64,000 nt of DNA from positions 50,439 through 114,438 of IMG/VR virus record IMGVR_UViG_3300011242_000001. One strand, given 5' to 3'. Position 1 is the stretch's first letter; each line of letters opens with the position of its first letter. Origin of the DNA: a virus. Taxonomy: Duplodnaviria; Heunggongvirae; Uroviricota; Caudoviricetes. Positions 19,615 through 28,630 of this stretch are shown piece after piece. Made by a program: the position numbers and the translations under genes. A model generated the notes under the pieces. The model made no database searches and was not told where the DNA came from. It saw only the letters and a program-made list of their open reading frames with translations.

Positions 19615-19911
19615 ATGATTACACAATTCTTTAGATATAGAAAAATATTTGTTACATTAGGGACAGAACGCTTTTGTATTATTATTCCATTTTATGAAAA
19701 TAATACATATCTTGCAATGGATCCAACTGGTCAAATTTTTACCTATGATTCACTCCCTGTATTCGATAAATCAGTAAATCAATATATAATTGATGAAAAG
19801 GAACATTCATATGATTTAGTTGCTACCTATAATGGTGACGCATCTAAATTTGTAAATAATATTATTGCAATTGCAGACAAGCAATACGAATATAATTTTG
19901 TGGAAACCTAA
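19615..19911 (+). CDS. hypothetical protein, paralog of 20386..20682
   Basis: 98 aa; shares the LAMDPTGQIFTYDSLP / VAMNKNGDIFMYDSQP block with the paralog. Confidence 0.45.
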   Translation: MITQFFRYRKIFVTLGTERFCIIIPFYENNTYLAMDPTGQIFTYDSLPVFDKSVNQYIIDEKEHSYDLVATYNGDASKFVNNIIAIADKQYEYNFVET

Positions 19912-19913
19912 TT

Positions 19914-20276
19914 ATGAGACTAGAACTGGAATCCGTTATTAATACCGATCAATTTATTGGTAAAAAAGTTTATGTTTGCGCTTATCAAGAGCCAGACTTA
20001 CATAGTCGTCGTGCCGTACAAAATGTACATGTGACAGAATGTATTGTTGCACCAATGGATGAATATTTACAAAACGCATCCACCAAAAAAACTATTTATC
20101 ATAGTAAAAACGCCTTATTAAAGTTAACAAAAACTAGGCGGGTCATTTATAATAATCCAGTTCAGCCATATGCATATAATGCATCATATCATACATGGAC
20201 CAAAACAGGCGGCATCAATATATTTGATGATTTAGATGAATGTAAAGAACATTATATTTCTTTACTAAAAAGTTAA
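19914..20276 (+). CDS. hypothetical protein
   Basis: 120-aa ORF. Confidence 0.45.
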   Translation: MRLELESVINTDQFIGKKVYVCAYQEPDLHSRRAVQNVHVTECIVAPMDEYLQNASTKKTIYHSKNALLKLTKTRRVIYNNPVQPYAYNASYHTWTKTGGINIFDDLDECKEHYISLLKS

Positions 20277-20292
20277 ATTCAATTATAAAAAA

Positions 20293-20314
20293 GAGGCTTT
20301 AAGCCTCTTTTTTA
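20293..20314 (+). terminator. rho-independent terminator
   Basis: GAGGCTTTAAGCCTC hairpin plus TTTTTT. Confidence 0.6.
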
Positions 20315-20385
20315 TTTAAATGTATATACATTAGTAATAAACTTATCTATAATAAAATGTATATACATATTAAGAAGAGATAAAA

Positions 20386-20682
20386 ATGATTAAATCTACT
20401 TATAAGCACACGTTAACTCTTATTGTGGGTGACGAAGAATTAGAAATAAATATTCCTAATTTTGAATATCCATATTTTGTGGCCATGAATAAAAATGGTG
20501 ATATTTTTATGTATGATTCACAACCGGCTCGAGCTGGCTACGATCATAATCCACTTAACTGTAAGCGATATATGCATATTGCAAGCGCGATTGAGGTCGA
20601 TACACAATCATATATCGATCATTGTATTGAAGTTGATATGTTTGATACAATTGTTGATTTTAATAGTGGTACATCTCGATAA
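20386..20682 (+). CDS. hypothetical protein, paralog of 19615..19911
   Basis: 98 aa; AAGAAGAGA RBS. Confidence 0.45.
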   Translation: MIKSTYKHTLTLIVGDEELEINIPNFEYPYFVAMNKNGDIFMYDSQPARAGYDHNPLNCKRYMHIASAIEVDTQSYIDHCIEVDMFDTIVDFNSGTSR

Positions 20683-20747
20683 TTGTATATACAAATGAAA
20701 TATTTACTGTTATAATAAGTTATTAATTAATCTAAATGAGATAACAT

Positions 20748-21941
20748 ATGAACGTTGTTGTAATCGGCGCCAACTATGGTGATGAAGGTAAAGGTCGTAC
20801 TGTTGATTTTCTTGCCAAAGACTTTTGTGGGCTTGAAAATCGACCTACTCTGAATGTAAGATTTTCTGGTTCAAATAATGCAGCACATACCGTATGGCAT
20901 AATAATACATCATTTGTATTTCATATGTTAGGGGCTGCTTCTTTTCGTGGGCATCCAACATATTTGAGTCAACATGTTGTTGTTGATTTTGTTGCACTAG
21001 AAACAGAAATTAATGAATTTGAAAAAATTACTGGATTTAAACCAGTCGTTTATGTCGATCCGCGGTGCCGTATTAATCTGCCATATGATGTAATGAAAAA
21101 CCGTATTAAAGAAATTCTTAAAGGTAATGATAAACACGGTTCAACTGGTAATGGTCTAAATGAAACTATTGACCGGCATCAACGTCTTCCAATTTTAGCA
21201 GGTACATTTGAATTTGCATTACCTATGTTAATTCTCACACAAAGTGATTTTCAGCAATTTGTTGAAACTGAGTTAAAGGATATTGAATTAGAATATCGAC
21301 ATAAAGACTTTATTGAATTTTTATGTGAGAAAAATTCAGTATCGTTTATTTTTGATAAAATTAGACATATCCTTAATAATCATCCTCAAATTGTATGCGA
21401 TACACCAAATCTTAAAATTTATAACTGTATCTTTGAAGGGAGTCAAGGGTTAGCTTTAGATGAATATAGCAAATTTTTTCCTCATGTAACTCGTACACGT
21501 ACTGGTACAACAAATGTAATAGATTTATGCCGTGAGCATGATATTGTAATTGACAATGTATATTATGTATCACGACCGTATTTCAGCCGTCATGGTGCAG
21601 ACAAATACTTTGAAGAATTTGATAGAATTAGTGACGTTTATAACATTGTAGATGAAACTAATATACCAAATGACTGGCAAGATAATTTAAAATTTGGTAT
21701 TTTAAATGTAACTGAAATGGATGAACGTATTAATGATGACTTTAAAATCATTAAAAATTTATTCCCAAATGTAAATAAGCAGCTGGTGTTTACTTGTATG
21801 GATCAATGTGGCGGTGGGTCTGGTATTTATATTCGTAACGGTCGACTATATCAAACAAGCGATCTAATAAATTCATTAAATTTATATTATAGATTTAGTG
21901 ATATTAAACCAATCTTTTTTGATAATAAGGAAAATATATAA
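20748..21941 (+). CDS. adenylosuccinate synthetase (PurA) family homolog; candidate PurZ-like enzyme
   Basis: N-terminal NVVVIGANYGDEGKGRTVDFL matches the PurA P-loop GDEGKGK; GSNNAAHTV matches GGHNAGHT; FEGSQGLALDE matches FEGAQGTLLD; the C-terminal region is divergent; 397 aa. Confidence 0.65.
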   Translation: MNVVVIGANYGDEGKGRTVDFLAKDFCGLENRPTLNVRFSGSNNAAHTVWHNNTSFVFHMLGAASFRGHPTYLSQHVVVDFVALETEINEFEKITGFKPVVYVDPRCRINLPYDVMKNRIKEILKGNDKHGSTGNGLNETIDRHQRLPILAGTFEFALPMLILTQSDFQQFVETELKDIELEYRHKDFIEFLCEKNSVSFIFDKIRHILNNHPQIVCDTPNLKIYNCIFEGSQGLALDEYSKFFPHVTRTRTGTTNVIDLCREHDIVIDNVYYVSRPYFSRHGADKYFEEFDRISDVYNIVDETNIPNDWQDNLKFGILNVTEMDERINDDFKIIKNLFPNVNKQLVFTCMDQCGGGSGIYIRNGRLYQTSDLINSLNLYYRFSDIKPIFFDNKENI

Positions 21942-22714
21942 TGTCATATGATATTATCAGTAAATGGCCACAAATGCTTGTGACCGGTCAAACTATTACT
22001 AATCGTGATACTATTATTGAAATTCTTTTATTAACAGATTCATTTTTAACAGATACATCCCAATATAGTGGTGGTAATAATCACGCATTTAATTTAATGT
22101 ATCGTACAAAAGCCGGCCTAGAATATGTAGGTAAATTTGAAAGATATATTAAAGAAAATAATATTACATTAAATGATGATTTTAAATATTTTTCATATGA
22201 GTTTGAAAAACTTTTAAAAGCTGAATTAGGTGTTATTGATAATGAATATGTATCTAATAGATGGGCGTCATCGTGTTTCATTTATGGTGCATATGGTTGG
22301 TGCTCACCTGAAGGGAAAATATTATATACAGATAATGTTGGTAAATGGCCTTCAACAGAAGAAATTGTTGAAGAATGGGAATTTATTGCAAAAAAATGGC
22401 CCTTCCTTAATATTAATGTTACCATTTTTGATGGTGAAAGTTGCGAAGATAATAAAAACGCATTATTTAATTTAGCTATTAAAGACGGTACTGTTGAAAT
22501 TAAAGCACCTGATACAAGTGTACATTGTCATTTAACAGATATGGATTCTAATTTTAATCAGATTAATCGATCATATTCTGAACGTAATGAACAAGGTATT
22601 CCAGATGATATGATTGATGAAATAGCATCAATTGTTAAAAATAAAGTTCATGAGGTATTAAAGAAAATTCCAGAAAAAGAGTTAGTCAAATATATGGAAT
22701 TAAATCCATTTTAA
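21941..22714 (+). CDS. hypothetical protein, translationally coupled to the PurA-like gene
   Basis: TAATG overlap; 257 aa. Confidence 0.5.
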   Translation: MSYDIISKWPQMLVTGQTITNRDTIIEILLLTDSFLTDTSQYSGGNNHAFNLMYRTKAGLEYVGKFERYIKENNITLNDDFKYFSYEFEKLLKAELGVIDNEYVSNRWASSCFIYGAYGWCSPEGKILYTDNVGKWPSTEEIVEEWEFIAKKWPFLNINVTIFDGESCEDNKNALFNLAIKDGTVEIKAPDTSVHCHLTDMDSNFNQINRSYSERNEQGIPDDMIDEIASIVKNKVHEVLKKIPEKELVKYMELNPF

Positions 22715-22719
22715 ATAAA

Positions 22720-22740
22720 GGACCTTAGGGTCCTTTTTAT
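22720..22740 (+). terminator. rho-independent terminator
   Basis: GGACC-ttag-GGTCC plus TTTTT. Confidence 0.6.
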
Positions 22741-22834
22741 ATTTGTGCACACCAAGTTTTTTACAAATATAAAAAGAAATATAATACAATACTTCATATT
22801 GTATACTTTTATATTTGTAGGAGATAATTAACGC

Positions 22835-24769
22835 ATGTTTTATACATCAGTTGTAAAAATGGGAAATAATATTATTCACCGTTATATCAAAGATGGAAAG
22901 CGTTATCAAGAAATTATTAAGAATTTTGATTATGATTTATATGTGCGAAGCGAATATTCGCGAGACGCTTTAGATGTACATAAAAACCATTTAAAACGTT
23001 ATAATTTTGACAATATTTATGATATGAGTCAATTTATTAATGAAAATGGTAATGACAATGTTTATGGTAATACTGATCCAGTAACACAATTTATAGCAAA
23101 AACATATCCTGATGAAATTAAATTAACTAATGATTATGTAGTTCTAAACTTCGATATTGAGACCGAACACGGCGAAGGCTTTATCAAATATAAAGACCCT
23201 CATATTATCCAGGTTCAAGAAGATAAAAATGAACCAATTAAAATGGCATTGGGTGAATTTAAAAAGATCGATCTAAATGTACATGAATATCATGTATATG
23301 ATGAAGAAAAAAAAGATTGGCTTCTTTATGAAAATTCATGTTATGCGCCGCAACAACTAGGATTCCCAGACCCAAATTTAGCTTTATACCAGGTAATGTC
23401 GGTATCATTAATTTCATCTTTAGAAAATATAATTTATGTATATGGTACTAAAGAATTTAAAGGTGCACGCACAATTGAAGGATCTGATTATACTATTCGT
23501 CATATTTATTGCGCAAATGAAAAAGAACTTTTAGTTAAATTTATTCAGAAATGGCGTGAAATTAAACCTGATATTTTAACTGGCTGGAATGTTGAAGGAT
23601 TCGACGTACCATATATTATTAATCGTATTGTGCGTGTACTTGGTAAAAAGTTTGCTAATATGCTTAGCCCATTTGCTAATGAATCACAAAACTGTATTCG
23701 CGAACGCCAAAAAGAAGATGCCGTTTATTATAGTATTTCAGGTATTACCATTTACGATTACCTGTCTGTATATAAAAAGTTCTCGCGTGAAAAACGTGAA
23801 AGCTATAAATTAGACTGGATTGGTAAAGTAGAAGTAGACCATCAAAAGATTTCATATGACGAATATGATAATTCACTAATGAAATTATGGGAATACGATT
23901 ATGATAAATTCATTCTATATAATGCTATCGATACATTAATTGTTAATAAGCTAGATAAGAAATTAAAGTTTATTAATCTTGCAATTACGATTGCTCATAT
24001 TACTAAATCAGATTTAAGTGATGCTTTAGGTACCATTAAAATTTGGGATAATATGATTTATAACTTACTACGTAAGCGCGATATTCAAATTCCACCAAAT
24101 ATCAAACAAGAAAAATCTAAAGAATTCTTGGGTGCATTTGTAAAAGAGCCATTACTTGGTCGACATGGTTGGACTTTAACATTCGATTTAACATCGCTAT
24201 ATCCAAGTATTATTCGTATGTTAGGTATGTCACCGGAAACACTTATTGATCGTGAAATTGGTAATGATTTCACTGCAAATAGTGCCGTGCGAAAAGTTAT
24301 TAAATCCAATATGGATATTGTTGCCAATATTATTATGGACGGTGAATTTGGCACAGATAATGAATTATCAGAAGATTTATATATTCTTAAACGATTTGAA
24401 TCAGCCGATGTTAATAAAATTAAATCATTAGATAAAAATACAATGATTTATGTTTTACAAGAATTACGTCGGGCAGATGAATATTATAATTCTGGTCATA
24501 ATCATATTCATGGTGTTAAAACAGTATTAGAAAATGTTGAAAACTTTATTAATATGGTGACCGATCTTTCTTGGGCTAAAGAAAAAAATGTCACTGTAGC
24601 AGGTAATGGTTCAACATATGATAAATCCACTGAAGGCGTAATTCCTGAAGCGATGACTCACTTATTCAATTACCGTAAACTACTTAAGAATAAGATGAAG
24701 GAAGAAAAGAAAAAATTACAGCTAAAAATTGAAGAGCTACATAAGTTAGAATCACAGCTAACATCTTAA
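22835..24769 (+). CDS. 43: family-B DNA polymerase, N-terminal fragment (gp43 part A: 3'-5' exonuclease domain and palm motif A)
   Basis: MFYTSVVKMGNNIIHRYI matches T4 MKEFYISIETVGNNIVERYI; FDIETE exo I; LTGWNVEGFDVPYIINRI matches LTGWNVESFAIPYVYNRI; GAFVKEPLLG...FDLTSLYPSIIR matches GAFVKEPIP...FDLTSLYPSIIR (motif A); ends with a coiled-coil-like tail KKKLQLKIEELHKLESQL; GGAG RBS. Confidence 0.85.
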   Translation: MFYTSVVKMGNNIIHRYIKDGKRYQEIIKNFDYDLYVRSEYSRDALDVHKNHLKRYNFDNIYDMSQFINENGNDNVYGNTDPVTQFIAKTYPDEIKLTNDYVVLNFDIETEHGEGFIKYKDPHIIQVQEDKNEPIKMALGEFKKIDLNVHEYHVYDEEKKDWLLYENSCYAPQQLGFPDPNLALYQVMSVSLISSLENIIYVYGTKEFKGARTIEGSDYTIRHIYCANEKELLVKFIQKWREIKPDILTGWNVEGFDVPYIINRIVRVLGKKFANMLSPFANESQNCIRERQKEDAVYYSISGITIYDYLSVYKKFSREKRESYKLDWIGKVEVDHQKISYDEYDNSLMKLWEYDYDKFILYNAIDTLIVNKLDKKLKFINLAITIAHITKSDLSDALGTIKIWDNMIYNLLRKRDIQIPPNIKQEKSKEFLGAFVKEPLLGRHGWTLTFDLTSLYPSIIRMLGMSPETLIDREIGNDFTANSAVRKVIKSNMDIVANIIMDGEFGTDNELSEDLYILKRFESADVNKIKSLDKNTMIYVLQELRRADEYYNSGHNHIHGVKTVLENVENFINMVTDLSWAKEKNVTVAGNGSTYDKSTEGVIPEAMTHLFNYRKLLKNKMKEEKKKLQLKIEELHKLESQLTS

Positions 24770-24774
24770 AAAAA

Positions 24775-24796
24775 GGACCGCAAGGTCCTTTTTTAT
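24775..24796 (+). terminator. rho-independent terminator
   Basis: GGACC-gcaa-GGTCC plus TTTTTT. Confidence 0.6.
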
Positions 24797-24855
24797 TGTA
24801 CTTACAATTATATACGCGATACAATTTATATAAATTAATGATAGAGATCATACAA

Positions 24856-25494
24856 ATGAATATTCCGCACGAAGTATATCAATTATTAGCAATTCTTAAA
24901 GAATATAATCCGCTATTGGTTGGCGGATGTGTGCGTGACTATTTAATGGGTAATGAGCCACATGATTATGATTTAGTTGTGCCACATGTACATCACCAAA
25001 TGCTGCTTGAAATAATTGAAGCTGGATGGCAAACTAAATTAACCGAAAATAATGACACAGAAATTTGGAATGTAACCAAAAAATTTCCGGTATATGATAC
25101 TATCTATTATAAAGGTTCACCTATCAATTATGTTAAAGGCGAAAAATCTTATGTAATTGAGTTGCTTTCATATAGAGGCGAAACATTAAGCGATGATGCA
25201 TCTAATCGCGACTTAACAGTTAATTCGTTATATTATGATTATTTTAATGATAAAATATTTGACCCGACTGGTCGTGGATTGGAAGATATTCAAAATAAAG
25301 TTGTTCGCTTTAATAATAAGCAAGTAGTGGAAAAAGATCCATTGCGTATTATGAGAGCATATCGTTTCGCTAAAAAATTTAATTTTACTATTGAAGATAA
25401 AAGCCTAAAACTATGTAGAAATGGATTTGATTCAATGATTAAAGAAATAAGCCCAACCAGAATACTTAAAGAAATTGAAAAACTTTGTCTATAA
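24856..25494 (+). CDS. class II CCA-adding / poly(A) polymerase-type nucleotidyltransferase, head+neck domains only
   Basis: LLVGGCVRDYLMGNEPHDYDLVV matches GGAVRDxLLG..xDxD; NRDLTVNSLYYD...FDPTGRGLEDI...DPLRIMRAYRFA matches RRDLTINALA...IDPxxGLxDL...EDPLRxLRxxRFA; no HD body domain; start taken at ATG rather than the track's TTG inside the terminator. Confidence 0.6.
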   Translation: MNIPHEVYQLLAILKEYNPLLVGGCVRDYLMGNEPHDYDLVVPHVHHQMLLEIIEAGWQTKLTENNDTEIWNVTKKFPVYDTIYYKGSPINYVKGEKSYVIELLSYRGETLSDDASNRDLTVNSLYYDYFNDKIFDPTGRGLEDIQNKVVRFNNKQVVEKDPLRIMRAYRFAKKFNFTIEDKSLKLCRNGFDSMIKEISPTRILKEIEKLCL

Positions 25495-25509
25495 ATTTGG
25501 AGATATTAT

Positions 25510-26082
25510 ATGTTAACTTTTGATCAAACATTTGAAGATGGCGATGATGTACAATATGTATTAAAGGATAACTCATATCATTGTGGCGTTGGTACTGTAA
25601 AGTTTTCTAATAATGAATTCGCCGGTATTATTGTAAATAGTAAAATATTTTATGCACCACATAAAATTTATGCTATGCATCACCATAGCCGTGACTTTGA
25701 TTTAGGTCGTTATCTTAAAAAAATTGAACTTCCTATTAAAGCACAAGAATATATTTTTGATGAATATAAAAATGTAGATACATCTAAATTACAATTAATG
25801 GACTTTGAATCCGACTATATTCATCATACACCGTTTCAGCGGGTATTATTTGAACAGTCATATTGGGATAAATCTCATTTAGAACATGTCAATTGGTTTG
25901 CTCCATCTGCATGTTATTACCCAAAAGGATGGTATAACCTGGGTGGTGAAAGAAGTGAAGAAAGCGATACTATTGGCGAACAAGTTGATTGGCAGTGGCA
26001 AGCGTGGCGAAATGCACTTTTACAAAATATGTGGCTCGACACTATTAAAGTAGAAAAAGTTACATATCAGGTATTAGTATGA
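25510..26082 (+). CDS. hypothetical protein
   Basis: GGAG RBS; 190 aa; overlaps the downstream gene (ATGA). Confidence 0.45.
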   Translation: MLTFDQTFEDGDDVQYVLKDNSYHCGVGTVKFSNNEFAGIIVNSKIFYAPHKIYAMHHHSRDFDLGRYLKKIELPIKAQEYIFDEYKNVDTSKLQLMDFESDYIHHTPFQRVLFEQSYWDKSHLEHVNWFAPSACYYPKGWYNLGGERSEESDTIGEQVDWQWQAWRNALLQNMWLDTIKVEKVTYQVLV

Positions 26083-26522
26083 AAAATATTGATGTTAGAA
26101 ATTTTAATTTTAAAGTTAAAAATTATTCAATTCATAATGCTATTCAACAAATAGATAATAAAGAACTGTTATTGCAATATTATAATGGTAAAAAATCCAC
26201 TGATTGGGATAATGTTCAAAAAAGCAAATATATTGAATCTATTCTAATTCGGGCGCCTGTTACACCCATTATTTTATATAATGACTTTAATAATCATATA
26301 GTAATTGATGGCCTTAATCGATTAAATGCTTTATATGAATATATGAATAATGAATTCGAACTTACAGGTTTGGATTTTTTGTTGGAGTTTAATAATAATA
26401 AATATTCTGATTTTGGCCGAGCATTCCAACGGCGCATTGAAGAAACTCAAATAATTATTCATGTCATAGAATGTTACAATGAGAATGGATTAGCAAATAT
26501 ATTAATAAATAGATATTTTTAA
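26079..26522 (+). CDS. DUF262 / ParB-like nuclease-domain protein (N-terminal GmrSD-type domain)
   Basis: APVTPIILYNDFNNHIVIDGLNRLNALYEY resembles the DUF262 core (PIP..IDGQQRLTAL); 147 aa. Confidence 0.45.
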   Translation: MKNIDVRNFNFKVKNYSIHNAIQQIDNKELLLQYYNGKKSTDWDNVQKSKYIESILIRAPVTPIILYNDFNNHIVIDGLNRLNALYEYMNNEFELTGLDFLLEFNNNKYSDFGRAFQRRIEETQIIIHVIECYNENGLANILINRYF

Positions 26523-26585
26523 AAATGTATATAGTAGTATAATACATTTACAAATTTAATCCAATTGAAATTAATGAGTATATAA

Positions 26586-27029
26586 ATGAACAATATTGTT
26601 AAAGTGAAATTTATTTTTGAAAATTGTGAATCACTTACTTATGAAGCCGTTGATATTGCTAAAATTGCATTTTTTGGCTTAAGTAAACAATTTTCCAAAT
26701 ATTCAGGTAGTCTTCATAAAAATAACTACGTTTCCGCATTTGAATTTATTTTAAAAAATAAATCAATTCCATGTAATGAAACATTACATTCTCCATTAGA
26801 CAATCCATCCTTTCGATTTGAAGAACACGACGTTGCACAAATTTGTTTTATCTATGAAGATGAATCTCATGAAGCATATTTGGTAGAATGGCCAAACGGT
26901 GATGCATGCACCCATTCTAAACAGCAATATAATATGTCATTAAAAGGCAATATTCATTTTACATCATATATTAAGAAAAAGCATTTTAAAAAGTTTGCAA
27001 CAATAGAAACGGTAGATTATTTTTCTTAA
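26586..27029 (+). CDS. hypothetical protein
   Basis: 147-aa ORF. Confidence 0.4.
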   Translation: MNNIVKVKFIFENCESLTYEAVDIAKIAFFGLSKQFSKYSGSLHKNNYVSAFEFILKNKSIPCNETLHSPLDNPSFRFEEHDVAQICFIYEDESHEAYLVEWPNGDACTHSKQQYNMSLKGNIHFTSYIKKKHFKKFATIETVDYFS

Positions 27030-27099
27030 TTGTATATACACATATAATTTTTTATATTATAATATCTCCATACAATATAAATCTTGATGGAGATATGCA

Positions 27100-27450
27100 A
27101 TGAACATTACTATTAAAGCTAAACCTGTAAAATATTCTGCAGCGACTAAACAAGCGTTACTTAGCAAAATTGATAGACAATTTAGTTACTCTGGTGGTGC
27201 CTTAGTTGGATTGTTTGATTATAACCGTAATGTAGTTCGTGTTTATAATCTTCATAAAATTAATGCAAAATATGATCATAGCGCAAAATTTAAAAGCGGG
27301 CCTCGTAAAGGACAACGTAAGCCAAGCGTAAAAGTGCGCGATAGCCAATGGATTGCCTATGTATATGATTTAGATCGTACATTACTTAATCTCGCTAAAT
27401 TACAAGTTACTCAAAACCACCGCAATTTTACTATTAAATCTCGGAACTAA
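27100..27450 (+). CDS. hypothetical basic protein
   Basis: GGAG RBS; 116 aa. Confidence 0.4.
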   Translation: MNITIKAKPVKYSAATKQALLSKIDRQFSYSGGALVGLFDYNRNVVRVYNLHKINAKYDHSAKFKSGPRKGQRKPSVKVRDSQWIAYVYDLDRTLLNLAKLQVTQNHRNFTIKSRN

Positions 27451-27451
27451 T

Positions 27452-28069
27452 ATGTCATATCATAAATTAAAAATTTGTAAACATCATGTCGGCAGCCCAT
27501 GGAAATTACAAGAAGAAGTTCTTGAATACATTGATGCTGTATCAAATGATAATCCTGTTATGGCAGCTAATGAGTTATCTGATTTATATGGTGTCATTGA
27601 AGAAGAAGCTAAAAAATACGGTCTGACAATGGATAATTTAAAAACCATGTCAGACTTAACAAAGCAAGTATTTAATAGCGGGCATCGCAAAGGCATGTCT
27701 TTATATGAAGATATTAAAGCTAATGCTATTAAAGTTGGTTTTATCGACGATTTAGCTATTGCATTTATGCCAAACGAATTTGTATATCTTTTTGTTAAAG
27801 ATGGACAATCTTATTCAGATGATATTACAGAAATGCAAATTGTAGTAGAAACAATTAAAGGCGAATGTCATATTACAGATGGCTCAAATAATGAAAATCA
27901 TCTAAAATTAAATGTACAAATGCTATTAATTGACTCGCCCACTACAGAGATTTATTTTGCAGACAATACTATTATTAAATTTAAAGCATTTAACGGCCAA
28001 TTATTAAATGCAGAATTTGATGCTGATGAAGAAGCACTTTTTTATATTAAATCGGTATGTGAGGCTTAA
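27452..28069 (+). CDS. hypothetical protein with possible N-terminal MazG/HisE-like all-alpha NTP pyrophosphatase segment
   Basis: LQEEVLEYIDAV...ANELSDLYGVIEEEAKKYGL resembles the EExxE...ExxD MazG signature; weak. Confidence 0.3.
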   Translation: MSYHKLKICKHHVGSPWKLQEEVLEYIDAVSNDNPVMAANELSDLYGVIEEEAKKYGLTMDNLKTMSDLTKQVFNSGHRKGMSLYEDIKANAIKVGFIDDLAIAFMPNEFVYLFVKDGQSYSDDITEMQIVVETIKGECHITDGSNNENHLKLNVQMLLIDSPTTEIYFADNTIIKFKAFNGQLLNAEFDADEEALFYIKSVCEA

Positions 28070-28630
28070 ATGAGTAATATTAGCGCATCATTATTATATT
28101 CAGCAATGACATTTTTTAAGAACGCTGGATATCATTTTATTACTGTTCCAATGTTAATCGATGAAGATGTTATTCGCCTTACATTACCACCTGATCGATT
28201 ACCAAAATTTCATAACAATAAATGTTATGTTGGAAGTGCTGAACAATCAATTTACCAACTTATTAAAGAAGGTAAAGATTTACCTCCTAAATTATTAGCT
28301 ATTACACCATGCCAACGCGACGAAATGGTTCTTGATGAATTACATCAAGAAATATTTTTAAAAATTGAGTTGGCGTGTACTGATAATACTATTACATATC
28401 GTGATATTGCAAATGATGTAATGAATTTTTATAGTCAATTTACAGATAAAGCAAAAATTGTTGATTTTGTAGACTTTGATAATAGCTGCGATATCGAAAT
28501 TGGTGGTATCGAAGTTGGTAGTTATGGACAGCGTGAGTATAAAGGCCGCACTATTCATTTTGGAACAGGTGTAGCATTACCGCGTTTAGCTCAAGCACTT
28601 AATAAACTAATGGTTAATGAAAATGAATAA
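28070..28630 (+). CDS. minimal class II aminoacyl-tRNA-synthetase-like catalytic core (AsnA/EpmA-like ligase)
   Basis: YHFITVPMLIDE (motif 1-like), CQRDEMVLDELHQEIFLKIEL (motif 2-like FRxE...H.EF..E), HFGTGVALPRL (motif 3-like GxGxGxxRL); 186 aa. Confidence 0.45.
   Translation: MSNISASLLYSAMTFFKNAGYHFITVPMLIDEDVIRLTLPPDRLPKFHNNKCYVGSAEQSIYQLIKEGKDLPPKLLAITPCQRDEMVLDELHQEIFLKIELACTDNTITYRDIANDVMNFYSQFTDKAKIVDFVDFDNSCDIEIGGIEVGSYGQREYKGRTIHFGTGVALPRLAQALNKLMVNENE

Noticed and set aside
11105-24769. Split polymerase joined by a split intein or a frameshift
   Set aside because: Part A ends with an ordinary stop after a coiled-coil tail and part B starts with Met; neither junction shows intein N-terminal (Cys/Ser) or C-terminal (HN) signatures, and the two genes are 10 kb apart in reverse order.
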